Shown: piece after piece, positions 24,686 through 37,262 of the stretch
Layout: each line of letters starts with the position of its first letter
How positions within the stretch are numbered: the stretch's first letter is position 1
Assembly (NCBI RefSeq): GCF_018977255.1
Contig: NW_024704743.1
Coordinates: 51,462,001-51,526,000, forward strand
DNA from: Callorhinchus milii
Lineage: Eukaryota
Length of the DNA: 64,000 nucleotides
Direction of reading: 5' to 3'
Notes under the pieces: model-generated
The model's database searches: none
What the model was told of the DNA's origin: nothing
Seen by the model: only the letters and a program-made list of their open reading frames with translations
Translations under genes and position numbers: made by a program

Positions 24686-27600
24686 TTTACCTATATAGAA
24701 GATGCAATTTGAAATTCTAAAACGAATCCTTCTTATTTAAATCCTAATGATCGTCTCCTGGTTTCACAAGTTCTATTATTTCAGGTGCTGCATTTTCCTC
24801 GATTGGGGGNAAAAAAAACCTCAATGCCAATTTGGAGTCTAGTTTTAAGATGTATTGATAAGTTGAGGGGTGTGTCACTCTGTGATCAATTGAATGTGGG
24901 ACTTCCCTTAAAACAGGGTTTCTGAGACAATGGGATTTATTGTGTGGCTATTTGTAACAGGATGCATTAACAGAGATCCTGGATGGGAAATAGTGAATCT
25001 TTGCAATAACTAGGAAACCATTACGCTTACTCATGGCAAACCTGTTCCGATGTACCCAGAAGTACAGTGGAGGTTTCATAGGTAAGTGTGATACACTTCT
25101 AGTTTCAGGCAGGATTCCCTATTTCTGTCTCAGACTCTACATTCATGACTCCTGTTCCAATTAGACCCCAAATATGTTGAAAGGCAAACAATGTCAATGG
25201 GATGACAGTATAACGCTTTTAACAGTGTACATTTTCAAATCACCGAAACAGCAAGGTGAGAGGGCGAAGGATATGTCTTCATCAATGGCACTCCTACTTT
25301 AACAAAAAACAAAATGCATTATAGTATCAAGGAACTAATTGTAAAACAATTCTGGAGCTTCAACAAAATGAGAGCAAATCACTGACAAGGAAGGAGATTT
25401 GTCTGAATCTCAAACGAGTTTTCATCTCTTGCATTGGGGATTGAATTTCTGATTAGAGTTTTGCCTTAATTCTTTAGTCTTGGCTTGTTCTACCTTTAAA
25501 GAACCGAATCGGGCATTGGAGCCACAGAGGAACACTCATGTAATTAAAAACATTATCATTATTTCACGGTGGTGCTCTGTGCTGCAACATGCAGTGGCAT
25601 TTTCCTTTGTCTCTTTGCTGGGTTATTTTCCATATGTTTGGTATGCAAGTGTCTAAGTGGCAATTGATTTGCTTCAAACATAACCCTCTTGCGGGCTAGA
25701 CCTGAATATGCACCAGCTCTCCATGCAGCTCTGAAGTGTGATCACGGTTAAGTTGTCTTTGAATTTTTCCTTTGTCTGATGATTATTTTATAATTGTGTT
25801 AAGATTCCCATTGAATTCCATCCATTTCCAGGTACTTGATCCTATGTTAGATGCTGTAGAGGAGATGAGAAACAGCATGTGGGGTTTCCTTCAGCCATAT
25901 GTTTGCACTGATTTTTGGGATGACTTTCTTCAAGGTCTTTTAGGCTGATATGAATTCTAAGAAATGAGTTAAAAAGAACATTATGATGCATCCAGCCAAA
26001 TTCAAAATGGGTAGAAGAACAAAAAAAGAGTATTTCCTGGCAAATCATGTGTTTACATTTTTATCAAGATAATTCATACAGTTTAAGATGATCAGAATCA
26101 TGACCATTTTCAATGCTATCTTTAGTTATTTTATTCCTGTAAGCAGCACTTCAGCATGGTAATGGAGGAGTGGAAGATTTTTTGATAGACTTTGTGTTTT
26201 ACGTTAGTATCTTCCCCCTTTGCCTTTTGATCGTTTGACTCTTATAGTCTCTTCCATACATTATTCCCTAGAGAGACAGAGGGAAACTCTTTTAATATTG
26301 TTAGAATCCCAACTGTGCGTGGCTGGGAATTTACTCATGCTCCATCAATTTTTAGCTTGCATGCCGAGTTCAGGACTAAAACAGCACAAGTTTGCATCTG
26401 GTTCATTTCAAGCATTAGAGTGTGTTTGCACTTGGAATCTCATTCAATGATCTGACCAATAATGATTGCAAAGAGACTCTCAGTCCACCACTGAGCTCTG
26501 CCTGTTCTTCAGTTTTCTTTGAAGACTCTTCTCTGTTATTTTATTCATACAAATGCTTTCATATTTATGCTAAAATTTCTGTTCAGTTGCATCTGTTTTA
26601 TATGCATTTCGATCACAGTGTGTCACATGAACAATTGCACAGAAACAGCAAGAAATCAGGAATATAGGTTAACCCTTGAGACCCCCCCACCCCCCACCCC
26701 AATGGAAAGAACTGTTGTCCGAGCCTACATCAGGGTAAGTGGATAAAGAACCTTTCTGTCTCAGAAATTATCATTCCATTTGTATGTGCTTATTTTGCAA
26801 CATGATTATTGATCACGTTGCGTGAAAATGCAGACCAAAATATTAAAATAAACTCACAATCAAAATAATTTTTTCATTAAATCCAAAAGAAGCAAATGCA
26901 ATGAAAAACATTTTGTAGAAAATGAATGCAGATTTGGCCCTCTGTTCACAAATAATGTTTGGAATGTCTTCTCTCTTGCTCCATAGAGCAGCGGTAATGA
27001 TAAATGAATGTATTTACTTCTCCGGCACTTTTTTGAAGTCAACATTTCAATATTTAGATTCTGTATAAATCTGGATTCCAAAGTTTTCAAAATTACTTAA
27101 TTTCCTAATTGGATGGAGCTGGCACAAAATACTCAAATTCAGTGCTAAAATGGCAATCTTTCCCAGAGAGGACACAGCATGTATGAGAAATAAAATGTCA
27201 CACTAGTGCAGTGAGGGATCCTCTTCTTATGTTGCAGTTAAAATACATTAGTAAAGGATACTTTACTCTGCTGCTTGATGTACCATACCTGACCTGGGAG
27301 TGCTTGATGCTGATATGAGGTTTCTGAAATAAGTATTCCATTCCTCAATGCCATAGCCACTCATCTTAATGCCTGCAAATATTCCACTCCCCCCAAAATT
27401 AGAAACATTCAAAATAAAATGTTTTAAAGAACAGAACTGCAAGCCCATCCACGCATTGCAAACTTTGGTTCAGTTATAAAATTAAGAACTATATGATCAT
27501 TATTAAATGCTACTAGCATTTTCTGTGGCATCTTAAAATATATATATCCTGTATGACACAGCTGGTAGCTAATTCCACAATATAACATTGACTCTATTCC

Positions 27601-27689
27601 ATGGTGGTGGTGATGGGGGAGGGCAGTGAGGGCTAAAGTAAACTGATCAGTAAAATGGCAATCATTTAGCTACATCTTTATAACGGGGA

Positions 27690-27855
27690 GGGAGTCTGTA
27701 TAAGATGTTTTGAATATTATGAGGCTAAGTAACATTCAAGAAGAATTGGACTAGTCATGGAGATGGGACAAGAATGGCAGGTGGACTTTACTGTGTATAA
27801 ATGAAGAGCAATGCATATTGGAACAAGAAACAGTAGCCATGTATATAAAATGTTT
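27690..27855 (+). mobile_element. CR1 RT fragment
   Basis: ttcaagaagaattggac...tgggacaagaatggcaggtggacttt...atgcatattggaacaagaaac corresponds to LQxDL..W...WQM.FN..KC.VMH.G.KN. Confidence 0.62.
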
Positions 27856-28959
27856 ATTAGCAGATAGAGAAGGAAAAGGATTTGGCTATCCTTCTTGATC
27901 CTTCGCTGAAGGGTATGAAACAATAGACATTGCATAATGGTCGCATTGAATCATAAGAGATGTTGGAATTCTTTCTCCGCTGAAGCTTTAGAAAATTGTT
28001 TTGCCGCCATCTTGAATCGGTGTCTAGCGAAAGTAGGAAGAAAATATTTTTTTACGAGTTCAGAGGCAACATCTGAATGCTGGTTTACAGTAAATACACT
28101 GACTGAATTAGGCTGGTATCTCGCCTGGAAATACCATTCTTCCCACTCAGTAGCATGAAGATCTTTGGGCTCAACAATTGTGTAGAAGATGGACAGTTAC
28201 TCTTTATTATGCCGTATTACATAGACTAAGGAGCACCAAAAAGACCATTCATCCCAACTCGTCCATACTATTGTTTGGAATCTACATAAGCCTCTAAGTT
28301 TTTTTGCTGAGAATGATTGGCAATTTCAATCCAGCAAAGGCTGAACAAAACACCATGAAACTTGATGTAAAAATATTTGATGACTGGTAAAATTGTCCCC
28401 TACAAGTGCCTTGAGTAATACATTTCCTAATCCCAGTGGCTGCAAATGATCATTAATCTGAAACGTAAATGTAATTTAGGCTAAAGTCTCAATCAATTAC
28501 AATCAAAGCTCCTGAGTTTAAAAGCATCAATGTCAAGTGCTGAATGTCGAAATGGTTAAACACCAACAAACGTACATCAATGGGTTAAAGCTTTCTGGAC
28601 TGTAAGTTTTTCTAAAGACTGATAGAAATGTTTATCAGTTGTGCAAAGTGCAGCAGCTCTGGTAATACGCAAGGGAGAACTGTTCATTGCTTATGCATGG
28701 CAGCGTTGTCGAATGATTAAAATAACATCGCGTATATTCTGTAAATGAAGGATAGAACTAAAAGATGCCTCCAGAGTCCATTATAAATTTTAATAATACA
28801 TCAAGGTAATGTAAATGAATAACAGATCTCTGAGGGAAGAATCACACCATTTGACTAATATCACAATTTAAATTATGAAGACAAAAAGGCTTTTAGCTAT
28901 CCTTGTTTTCTTCCTTTCATACTTTAGGCCTTTTTTTGAGTTTCCCCTGAATCCAGAAC

Positions 28960-29620
28960 AAGATGTAAACAAATAAATGTGGGGGAAAAAAATAAACAGT
29001 TCAGCATCTCAGTAGATTAATTAATGTGCCTCTGCTTCAGCATCAGTAGGTGAAATTATGTGCATAAATAATATCACTAATTAAAAAGATGCAGATTAAC
29101 ATGCAAATAATGTTAATGAAGCTCTGCAATTCCGGAGTGTATTCACATAACATCAACAATTTAATGTGTTGGAAGAATTGTGTTTGCATTACATTAATAA
29201 AATTCAAAGGCCCTTCATAAAAAAAATTCTGTCAAAGCTACTGCTTCCACTTGTGAGTTGTTAATTCTGTGGGTAGTCACAGGCTTGTTGGCAGATGCCA
29301 AAGTCATTATCTAGAGGCTGCTGAAGTACTGCTGTGTGCCAGTGTGACCAGTTGTTGGGAGCTGGCTGGCAGCGAACATAAATCTGTGCCAACTTATCCT
29401 TTCAGTTCGCTAGGCTGGATATTTATTTACAGAGATTGCTTTTTAGCCTTGGCTTCACAGTTCTGCATTTAAATCTCAGGAGAAAGTCATCAAGAGTATG
29501 AAAACTTTTGAGGCTTCAATTTTCGAGGCTGATGCAAAGCCCAACACCACAATTTGACTACATTATGGGAACGAGTGTGCACTGTTAGCTACAGTTAGCA
29601 GTATAAGGGAGTGATACATT
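28960..29620. promoter_or_regulatory. Candidate conserved non-coding element / enhancer
   Basis: Repeat-free and non-coding. Contains Fox-like TGTAAACA (28964-28971), TTAATTAA and TAATTA homeodomain sites, octamer ATGCAAAT (29101-29108) and TCF-like TTCAAAG (29203-29209). Conservation not tested. Confidence 0.5.
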
Positions 29621-30844
29621 CACAGATGACCTAAACCTATGTATGCTAAATGTAATCGGAAATGAAACTTTAAATAATAGACACAGCAATGTTTTTGTTT
29701 TATTTTATCAGAACACCTTCCTTTTTCTTAACTTGAGTCTAGCATCCTGATTATTATGTATTCCACTAAGCTTTCAGCAGTAATCTCTTTCTCTTTCCCA
29801 CTCTGTTTCCTTCATTTTTTATGGCTCATTACACACAGTAATGCTGCAATATCCCATTTGGTTGGTCTACAATGACTGTATTTAAAAATCAGATCTACAT
29901 AATATCCATTTATTCATGCTCTAGTCTCCTAAAGTGTTCACATAGTAATTTAAAATTACAGTTTATAGTACCCAGATGTATAGGGCTCACACGCTTCTGA
30001 AATTCATTTGGCTCCATTTCAAAAGCCATATTTTATTTTGGGACCACATTCCTTGGTCCCAGATCATTCCTGTGTTTCCTTTTTCCCTGTGATATCAAAT
30101 GATACAAATATGTTTGTGATTTAGTCTTTCAAAAGGTCCTGCCTCCATTGCAAAGCAGTGTTGGGACTCAGGACGTGTACAAACACAGTAGACTCTCAGC
30201 ACTGAGGCGCGGCCCACAATTATTTCTTCAAACCACAGTCAGGAGGTGATATATAATCTGATCTTGGGTGCATTTCCAAATTAGAAGGCATATGCTTAGC
30301 ATGTATGACTGCCGAAACTCTGAACTCATTTCTAGCGACGTTAACATTGCATCCACAAGACTTGTGGTCCAGGTGCTGCACAATGAGTATGTGTGATCTC
30401 CCTGTGTGAGACTCAGGAGGCAGTTACTGAGCCCACATTGCTTCCCAATCCTAGAAGGTTACATCTAAAGTATTCTGACCCACCTTACCCCAGGCGCTAC
30501 ACCACAGCATAATAGGCAATTTAAATATGACAAAATATAGCCACCACTATCCATAGTCATTTTCACAAGTGTCCATAACATGGGGTAAATTATTAGAGAA
30601 AGGAATTCCCTAAGGTGGGGCCTGCTTGCTAATCCTATTTAATATTTTGAAAATTGTTACTGGAGTGTGCATTTGGATTTAGTGTCTCAATTTCAATATT
30701 TTTCAGCAATTTATTTACATTGTGTTATTTATATTATGTACAGTATTAATTACAACAGTCAGCTTTACTGCCATATATGATACAGGGTAACATATTCTAG
30801 GTAAAAACAATCCTCTCAGTTCATTTGTGGGGTAATTGAGATGT

Positions 30845-31227
30845 ATAATAACAATAATAATAATCCTTGCATTTGATATAGCACCTTATCATGTCTTCGA
30901 GACTTCTCAAAGCGGTTCACAGAATATACCGTAAAGTGAATTTGACTGTATATTTTATGGGCAAAACAGGGCAGCCAATTGCGCACGGTAGTGTCCCACA
31001 AACAATCATGGATTGAGTGACCAATTTATTATTATTATTTTGGAAGGAATTATTACCCCCGGAAAAGTGATCTGCCAATCGACCAACAACTGGGTTCCGA
31101 CAAACTGCTAGGTAAACAGAAGCGTGTGGAGTAAGAAAACTTGCCCAACGTTTCGCCCTGTCGGGAATCGAACCAAGGTCTCTCTTGTGAGGTGAGTGCT
31201 CTAACCACTGAGCTACAGGATTCCACA
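30845..31227 (-). mobile_element. SINE family A, long form (about 60 bp extra central segment)
   Basis: Same head and 3' half as the short form, plus tctgtttacctagcagtttgtcggaacccagttgttggtcgattggcagatcacttttccggggg on the element strand. The tail variant is gataaggtgctatatc. Confidence 0.93.
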
Positions 31228-31915
31228 TGGGACTCCATAATGAGCTAATTAACACAAGAGTGCTTTTTAACACAAGAGTGTAACTTAACACATGCATTGA
31301 AAAAAGCGACCTTATGACAATGAACACATCAACTGGTCCTTGGGTATGCTGGAGGTGGACCACACTTCTAAAGACATTTTTTAGTGGTTGCACGCAAAAT
31401 CGACATACACTTCATGAATCATGGCATTGGTTAGTGGGTTTTCCCCCTATTTTTTAGTTTATTAAATGTGTGTTATTTATCACCAGGTCTGTCTGAAATA
31501 CATGTGTTAATTAGCACAATAGATGTTAATTGATACTTCACAGTTCTTATCTTTCAGCCCATGGTTGCACCCATTCTTTGGCTAGTCTATGGCTATTGTC
31601 CTGGACTGAAATAATAGATCTGACTCTTACACTAGGCCAATTAATTATCCTCCGTTTAAGATAATATTATCCTTCCCATTGAAGTAGTTTGTTTGTTGTT
31701 GGTCATTTGCTTGAAGTGGATTCACAATAATATTCACCTGTACCACTCTATATAATTCTATGTTAAAATAAAGCTAATTCTAATTATAAGATCCAATTTT
31801 GCAGGCAACTAAAATGGTGATTGAGGACTGGTAGGAGTTCTTCTTGGACTTTATGCTAAACCCAAACAATAGTCTACCTTCCCTCTTAGACCATTCTTTT
31901 TTCCTTATCTCTTGT

Positions 31916-32245
31916 AATAATAATAATAATCATTACATTTGATATAGTACCTTATCACATTGTTGAGATGTCTCAAAGTGCTTCACAGAATATATTGTAA
32001 ATTGGCTTGGCTGTTTCTTGTGGGTGAAATGCGGCAGCCAATTGCACACAGCAGTATCCCACAAACAGTCGTGGATTAAGTCAATAAATTTTTTTTTTTT
32101 TAAGGGATTGTTACCCCCAGAAAGTGATGCGCCAATCGACAAACAACTGGGTACATACTTAAATGCTAGGTAAACAGAGATGTGTGGAGTAAGGAAACTT
32201 ACCTATGGTTCCGCCCTGCCCGGGAATCAAACCTGGGTCCTCTTG
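31916..32245 (-). mobile_element. SINE family A, long form, 5' head truncated
   Basis: Shares the extra central segment and the gataagg tail variant with 30845-31227. Confidence 0.9.
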
Positions 32246-32937
32246 TTTGTAAATCCTTCTGCTGCAACATCATTCCCCAAGAGGTGAACAAGCAAGCGAG
32301 CGTGAGTCGAATAAAACTGAAGTGTGAGGTTGGCTCAGTTGCACTGAAATATTTTGACATCTTAGATGCTACATCAAATTCAAATATTATTGTTATTATG
32401 TAGCTGACCACATTGAGTGGCTATTGTAAACATCAAATGAAGAAATGCTGGCAAATCAGTATTCCCTTGCTTAAGAAAAAAATTGCTGATCCTTAACATG
32501 CAGAAAATTAAATGCATCTTCAAAAATATTAGTACCACATTATCTTGCTATTGATTTCATTCCATACAGCATTGCTTGATGCCCAAACAGCAGCAGAATG
32601 GGAGACAAGGAGTGGCTACTATTACCCAGACAGAATTCTGCCACAGGGCAAATTTCCAGGACAAGATGGGTATCAAAGAAAGTCATTGTGAAGACCACCC
32701 AGTGCTGAACCCCTAATATGAGCTACAGAGAATCCTGAGTTCAGGGCAGGTTATTATTGAAATATAATCATAGAATTTATAGACTGCAATTATACACTAT
32801 GATAAAGCACAAATGCACATGGGCTAAAACTCAGTTCTTTTTGCTGATTTTGAAAGAACCCACAGTCCTCCACTATCTTCAACATTGCTCAGTAACATTT
32901 CATTAAATACTTCCTGAAGCTTGAAGTCTTTCTTGCT

Positions 32938-33145
32938 AAGAACAAGAAGAACAAAATTACATTTGTATAGTGCCTTTCACGTCAGGAGGACATCCCAAGG
33001 CACTGGACAGTCAGGGATCAGGACCCGAGAGTGGGGGGGAAGGGTTGAGATGAGGGAGGGCAGAGGGGGTAGGAGGGTGGCTGAAGGCACGATCAAAAAG
33101 GAGGGTCTTGAGTCATACATTGAAGGAGGCAAGAGAGGGAGCAAT
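32938..33145 (-). mobile_element. L2 3' fragment
   Basis: aacaaaattacatttgtatagtgcctttcac...gaaggcacgatcaaaaaggagggtcttg, homologous to about 5171-5340. Confidence 0.78.
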
Positions 33146-34614
33146 ATGCTGGTTATTTAGATGTGTCACCATATAACACTGATGTTACAGGTAATGCTAA
33201 GTTCATACTGCATTTTGCTATCTTAAAGTTTGGCATTAAATAAAATGATTTTCAAAAAAATGCCCTTTTGCAAATCTGGCATTTGACTATCTAGATGAAG
33301 ACTCAGAACTCAGTTGACATTTACAGCTTATGGCAATGAAGATAATACACCTTCATTGGAGCAAGAACAACAACTTGCATTTATAATGTCATTCATAATG
33401 TCACTCTAGAACAATATGAAACCATTTGTGGGGCTGCAATAAACCACCCTGGGCAACAATACCCCAGTTAATATTGGTCATTCACTTCATGTCGTTTTGT
33501 GAGACATATTTTTGTGCTGCGACGTTCTTCTGCAAATGTACAGTCACTACACTTTACATAATCCTCTGAATTGCTTAGAGAGGTTGCATTGATATAATAA
33601 CACTGTATCATATGCAAGAATTATATTCTTAGTATTGGTTAATTGTATTGTGTACAGTATATACAATATGACGATCATGCTACAGCTATTTTGTGTTTTA
33701 TTAGTATATTATTAAGAATACCTATTCTAAATTTTTTTGCCATAGAATAAATAATATGAATGCTCTGATTAGTGCACCAAATTTTTACTCAATTATACTG
33801 TTAAAAAGCATTGCACTAAATATTTCAGTGCTTTGCTATAGAATATGCACATTTCAAATCTTGCGAGACAGCCTATTCAAGGTTTTAAAGTGGTTCCGCG
33901 ATTCTATTTCTATGACTTTTAAAACAATTACAACAGGAAACCTTATCTTGAAAAGGTTTTGTCTACAGGGATGAGGGAAGGTGGTGGTTAATCCATTGCT
34001 ATCGCACTGAAAAGAAATGTGGGTTTTACCTCACCCAGATAGGGTTGTTTGACTTTGAGGGTTGGGATAAAGCACATAAGAGTGAAGCAATCCCCCAAGG
34101 TTTCTTGTTCATTGTAATGGTGCATCTATTTCCTGTCTCATTCTGCTTGTCTCAGTGAGAAACATCATTAGCAGCAAGAAACATTAAAGTTTGTACATAT
34201 TCATATACAAAGGGTAAAAATCAATAGCATCCATCATTTTCTGGCAGTATATTAAAATTTGCATTGATTTGACACAATTTGATTGTCTGCTGTATAATAA
34301 ATGCATGAACAAAGCATTGGAAGTCTTCACAGTCCTCTTCTGATCAATAACCAGTTCAATTACTCACTTGTTCACATTAAAAAAGATAAAAGCCGTTATG
34401 CAATGATACATGTTTATTGTTGTCTGCTATTACAAGTAAGCAGTAAAGCCAATCAGGACTGAAATTGATTACTTGTGTCCGACCAATACCAGCTTGAACA
34501 TTCAAAGACGTATCAATTCCGAAAGTAAATGTCACAAAGCAGATAAAGAAAAGCAGTTTAGGTGTCAGGCTCAGAACCAGTGGGATGAAATTATCATCCA
34601 CATATCATATAAAA

Positions 34615-34883
34615 CCTATCTGATCTGCTTACCCCCCAATCCACCACCTGCTGCCTCCAGCCTCCTGTTTGTCCTTAGTCTCCTCTGCTCCACCTTCAGC
34701 CACTACACCCCAAAACTCTGGAATTCTCCCCACTTTCAAATCCCGCCTAAAGACCTTCCTTTTTTATCGTGCTTGTGATCACCTCACACTTCCTTCTCCC
34801 CCTGGCTCAGTGTCAGAATCTGCCACTGTCAAGCTCTCCGGGACTCTACCCCTCGTGAAGGGTGCAAGTTATTGTTGTTGTAT
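34615..34883 (+). mobile_element. L2 3' fragment
   Basis: ccttcagccactacaccccaaaactctggaattctc...cctaaagaccttcctttt...gcaagttattgttgttg. Confidence 0.82.
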
Positions 34884-35334
34884 CACATAAAATCCACCAG
34901 TGACGAATCCCCTCCAACGTTACGATTAATAGAAATGTGGAGAAGCTTTGCTGGCAACCTTAGGCTTCCAGCTCAGGTATCACAGTTTTCAACCAGTATT
35001 CAATGGATACTTGTCAAGCACATTGGAATGCTACCCTGCATGAGGAGCTATATAAATGTGAGTTGTTATCATTTGATTTTTTAAATTTACTCAGGGCAAT
35101 GAGGAATGTTGGGCTTCTGATAGGGCTGATTGAAAGCATAATCTTTCAGTGGTGGTGAGAGAGGAACTCCTTAAATTTTTAGTGCTCCAAGTCGATACCC
35201 CATATGAAAGGTCCTATATAAATCCAAGTTGTTGTAGTACATTTGTGTGTATCTGTGTAGAAGATGAGGATTCATTGAGAAGCCAAGATTGATCTAACTA
35301 TCAAATAGTAATTGACATTTTCTAAAACTGGGAA

Positions 35335-35510
35335 GGAGCAACCTTAGTTTAGCATTTCATTCAAAGAACATTATCCACCTCCAACAATGCAGTGCTTCCC
35401 CAGGACTGCATTGGAGTTAAACCAAACAATGAGCTCAAATACCAACAAATAGCTCAAGCTCAAATCTTCTGGCTCAGAGGCAAGAATACTACCAGCGGGG
35501 TCAGGTTAAC
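35335..35510 (-). mobile_element. Degenerate DeuSINE 5' half
   Basis: caatgcagtgcttccccaggactgcattggag and tcttctggctcagaggcaagaatactacca match the reverse complement of the DeuSINE head. Confidence 0.65.
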
Positions 35511-35629
35511 ACCTAGTTGTCAGGATATGAAGCACCTGGATGGAAAGCTGCATCGGTGTTGAAAGGAAAGTCAGTGTTGCTTCAGCACAGAAAGTGGATG
35601 TGCTGATTAAAGGCTCAAATTCTTCCTCA

Positions 35630-35833
35630 TCTTAACCTGCAAGGCAATTTTGTCTTAAAATTTAAGATTGTACAGAATTATGGAAAATTATAAATATCAG
35701 CTTTAAATTGGAAGATGGGTCATTTTAAGGAAAACTTTCAAATTAAAAAGAATAACTTTCAAAATTAAAACTTATTTCCTACAATTACGTGCGATCTTAA
35801 ATTTTAGGGCAAAATGGATTTACAAGCTAAGAC
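35630..35833. repeat. Degenerate long inverted repeat (about 60-bp arms), probable non-autonomous DNA transposon relic
   Basis: Left arm tcttaacctgcaaggcaattttgtcttaaaatttaagattgtac versus reverse complement of the right arm tcttagcttgtaaatccattttgccctaaaatttaagatcgcac. Confidence 0.65.
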
Positions 35834-35849
35834 TAAGGAAAAAGTTGGG

Positions 35850-36020
35850 CCTTAGATCTTTATGCTGAGACAGATGACTGAAAAGTGCTGAGGGTATTGA
35901 AAAGATCTGTGGGGGTATTTGCTAGACTTTAAGCAGATGTATGAGCGGGTGTGGAGAGATGGTGTCTGGCAGTTGCTTGAACTCCATGGAGCAGCTGAAA
36001 AGATTACCAGACTGTTTTTG
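35850..36020 (+). mobile_element. RTE-clade reverse transcriptase fragment
   Basis: One frame reads IFMLRQMTEKC*GY*KDLWGVLLDFKQMYERVWRDGVWQLLELHGAAEKITRL, matching the RTE-type pattern IF.LRQ..EK......L...F.DF..AFD.V.R..LW..L...G...K..RL. Confidence 0.7.
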
Positions 36021-36039
36021 TGTGTGAACATTTTTTTTC

Positions 36040-36622
36040 AGTTTTCTTCTTCCTCTTCTGAAGACAATGACTCATGTTGGTATACAGTTTCACAGGTCCC
36101 GGTAGTCCTTCCGTTATCACACAAGTGACCATTCTTTACATGTGATCCTAGGCACCATGTGCCTGCAGGCTATTCAACCAACAGAATAATCTGATCCTGG
36201 GTTTTTTCCAAGGTCCCTAAGTAGCAGTCACTGGGTAACAAACAGAAATGGGATACCTGGCTGATTTTATCCCCTCCCTAAGAAAGTTGTGCTAAGGCTA
36301 ATTTAATGTCTTTCCTGCCACTTTTATCACCTTTTTAAAAAAAAATTAATTTTAAACTTTTTAAATTGGTAATTCACTTCACCGTCATTACTGTGCACAG
36401 ATTGGCTGCCATGTTTGCCTACAAATTTAAAAAGTCACTACCATTCACAATAAAATCTTGTGAAGAACTTTGAGGTGCCTCAATGATGTGCTAATAAATG
36501 CGTAGATTTTTATTATTAGTTAACTAACTCAGATCAGTCCATGTAACAAACCTGGGACTTTGCTGGTTTATTTAGCTGAATCCGACACCAGACAATGCAT
36601 TTACTTACTGAGTCATTGGAGG
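36040..36622 (-). mobile_element. SINE family B split by a Deu-type SINE tail (insert about 36325-36520, plus strand)
   Basis: Modules caggctattcaacca, ctggctgattttatcccctccc and taactaactcag...aacctgggac...ttactgagtcat match family B. The insert carries ctgtgcacagattggctgcc. Confidence 0.7.
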
Positions 36623-36897
36623 AAGAGCTGAGGAGTTGCTTTGCTGCGACTGGGAATTTTTTTATATGAATTATGAAAAACATTCTGGAGGAGGAGAAAT
36701 ATATTGTGGGCTATGGAAAGGGCAGTTTATCAGGGTCTGTGTGCAGTTGGCACATCTATAAGGTTCTGAGGACTGGCCACTGCTGATGCAAATGCGCAAT
36801 GGTTTGGAATGCAAAATGCAAGGTGGTATGTTGGATATCAGCTGGGTGACATAGTGACCAAAAAAGTATTGACAAGAAGTATCCTGTGCACAGTGGT

Positions 36898-37152
36898 TTC
36901 AGCTTGGCTTAGTTGGTGGCATTCTCATTTCTGGCTCAGGTTGTGAGTTGCTCCAGTTGCTTAAGATTGTGAGTATAAAGCTTATCTCAGAACTTTTACC
37001 TCATAGTTTTGCTCACTCCAGTACAATGCTGTGGGAGTCCTGCATTGTTAAATGTAGCCTTCGCTTAGATCAGAGTTAAACTGAGGTCCTATCCTCTGGT
37101 TCAGATGTACACTAAAAAATCTTATGATAGTATTTAAAAAGAGAAGGGAGAT
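36898..37152 (+). mobile_element. DeuSINE 5' half, degenerate
   Basis: ttggcttagttggtggcattctc...cactccagtacaatgctgtgggagtcctgcattgt...gttaaactgagg. Confidence 0.72.
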
Positions 37153-37154
37153 TT

Positions 37155-37262
37155 ATAATAATAATCCCTGCATTTGATATAGCGCCCTATCACGTCTTCG
37201 AGATGTTTCAAAGCGCTTCACGGAATATACTGTAAAGTGAACTGACTGTACAATTTGTGGGT
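37155..37262 (-). mobile_element. SINE family A 3' fragment abutting a DeuSINE
   Basis: ataatccctgcatttgatatagcgccctatcacgtc...aagcgcttcacggaatatactgtaaagtga. Confidence 0.85.

Noticed and set aside
24440..24810. Two N bases and short ccaacatatt repeats
   Set aside because: The Ns adjoin homopolymer runs and look like sequencing ambiguity, and the repeats are simple local slippage.
30845..32245. Local tandem duplication explaining the two neighbouring long-form SINEs
   Set aside because: The flanking sequences are unrelated and the two copies differ at many sites, so independent insertions are more likely.
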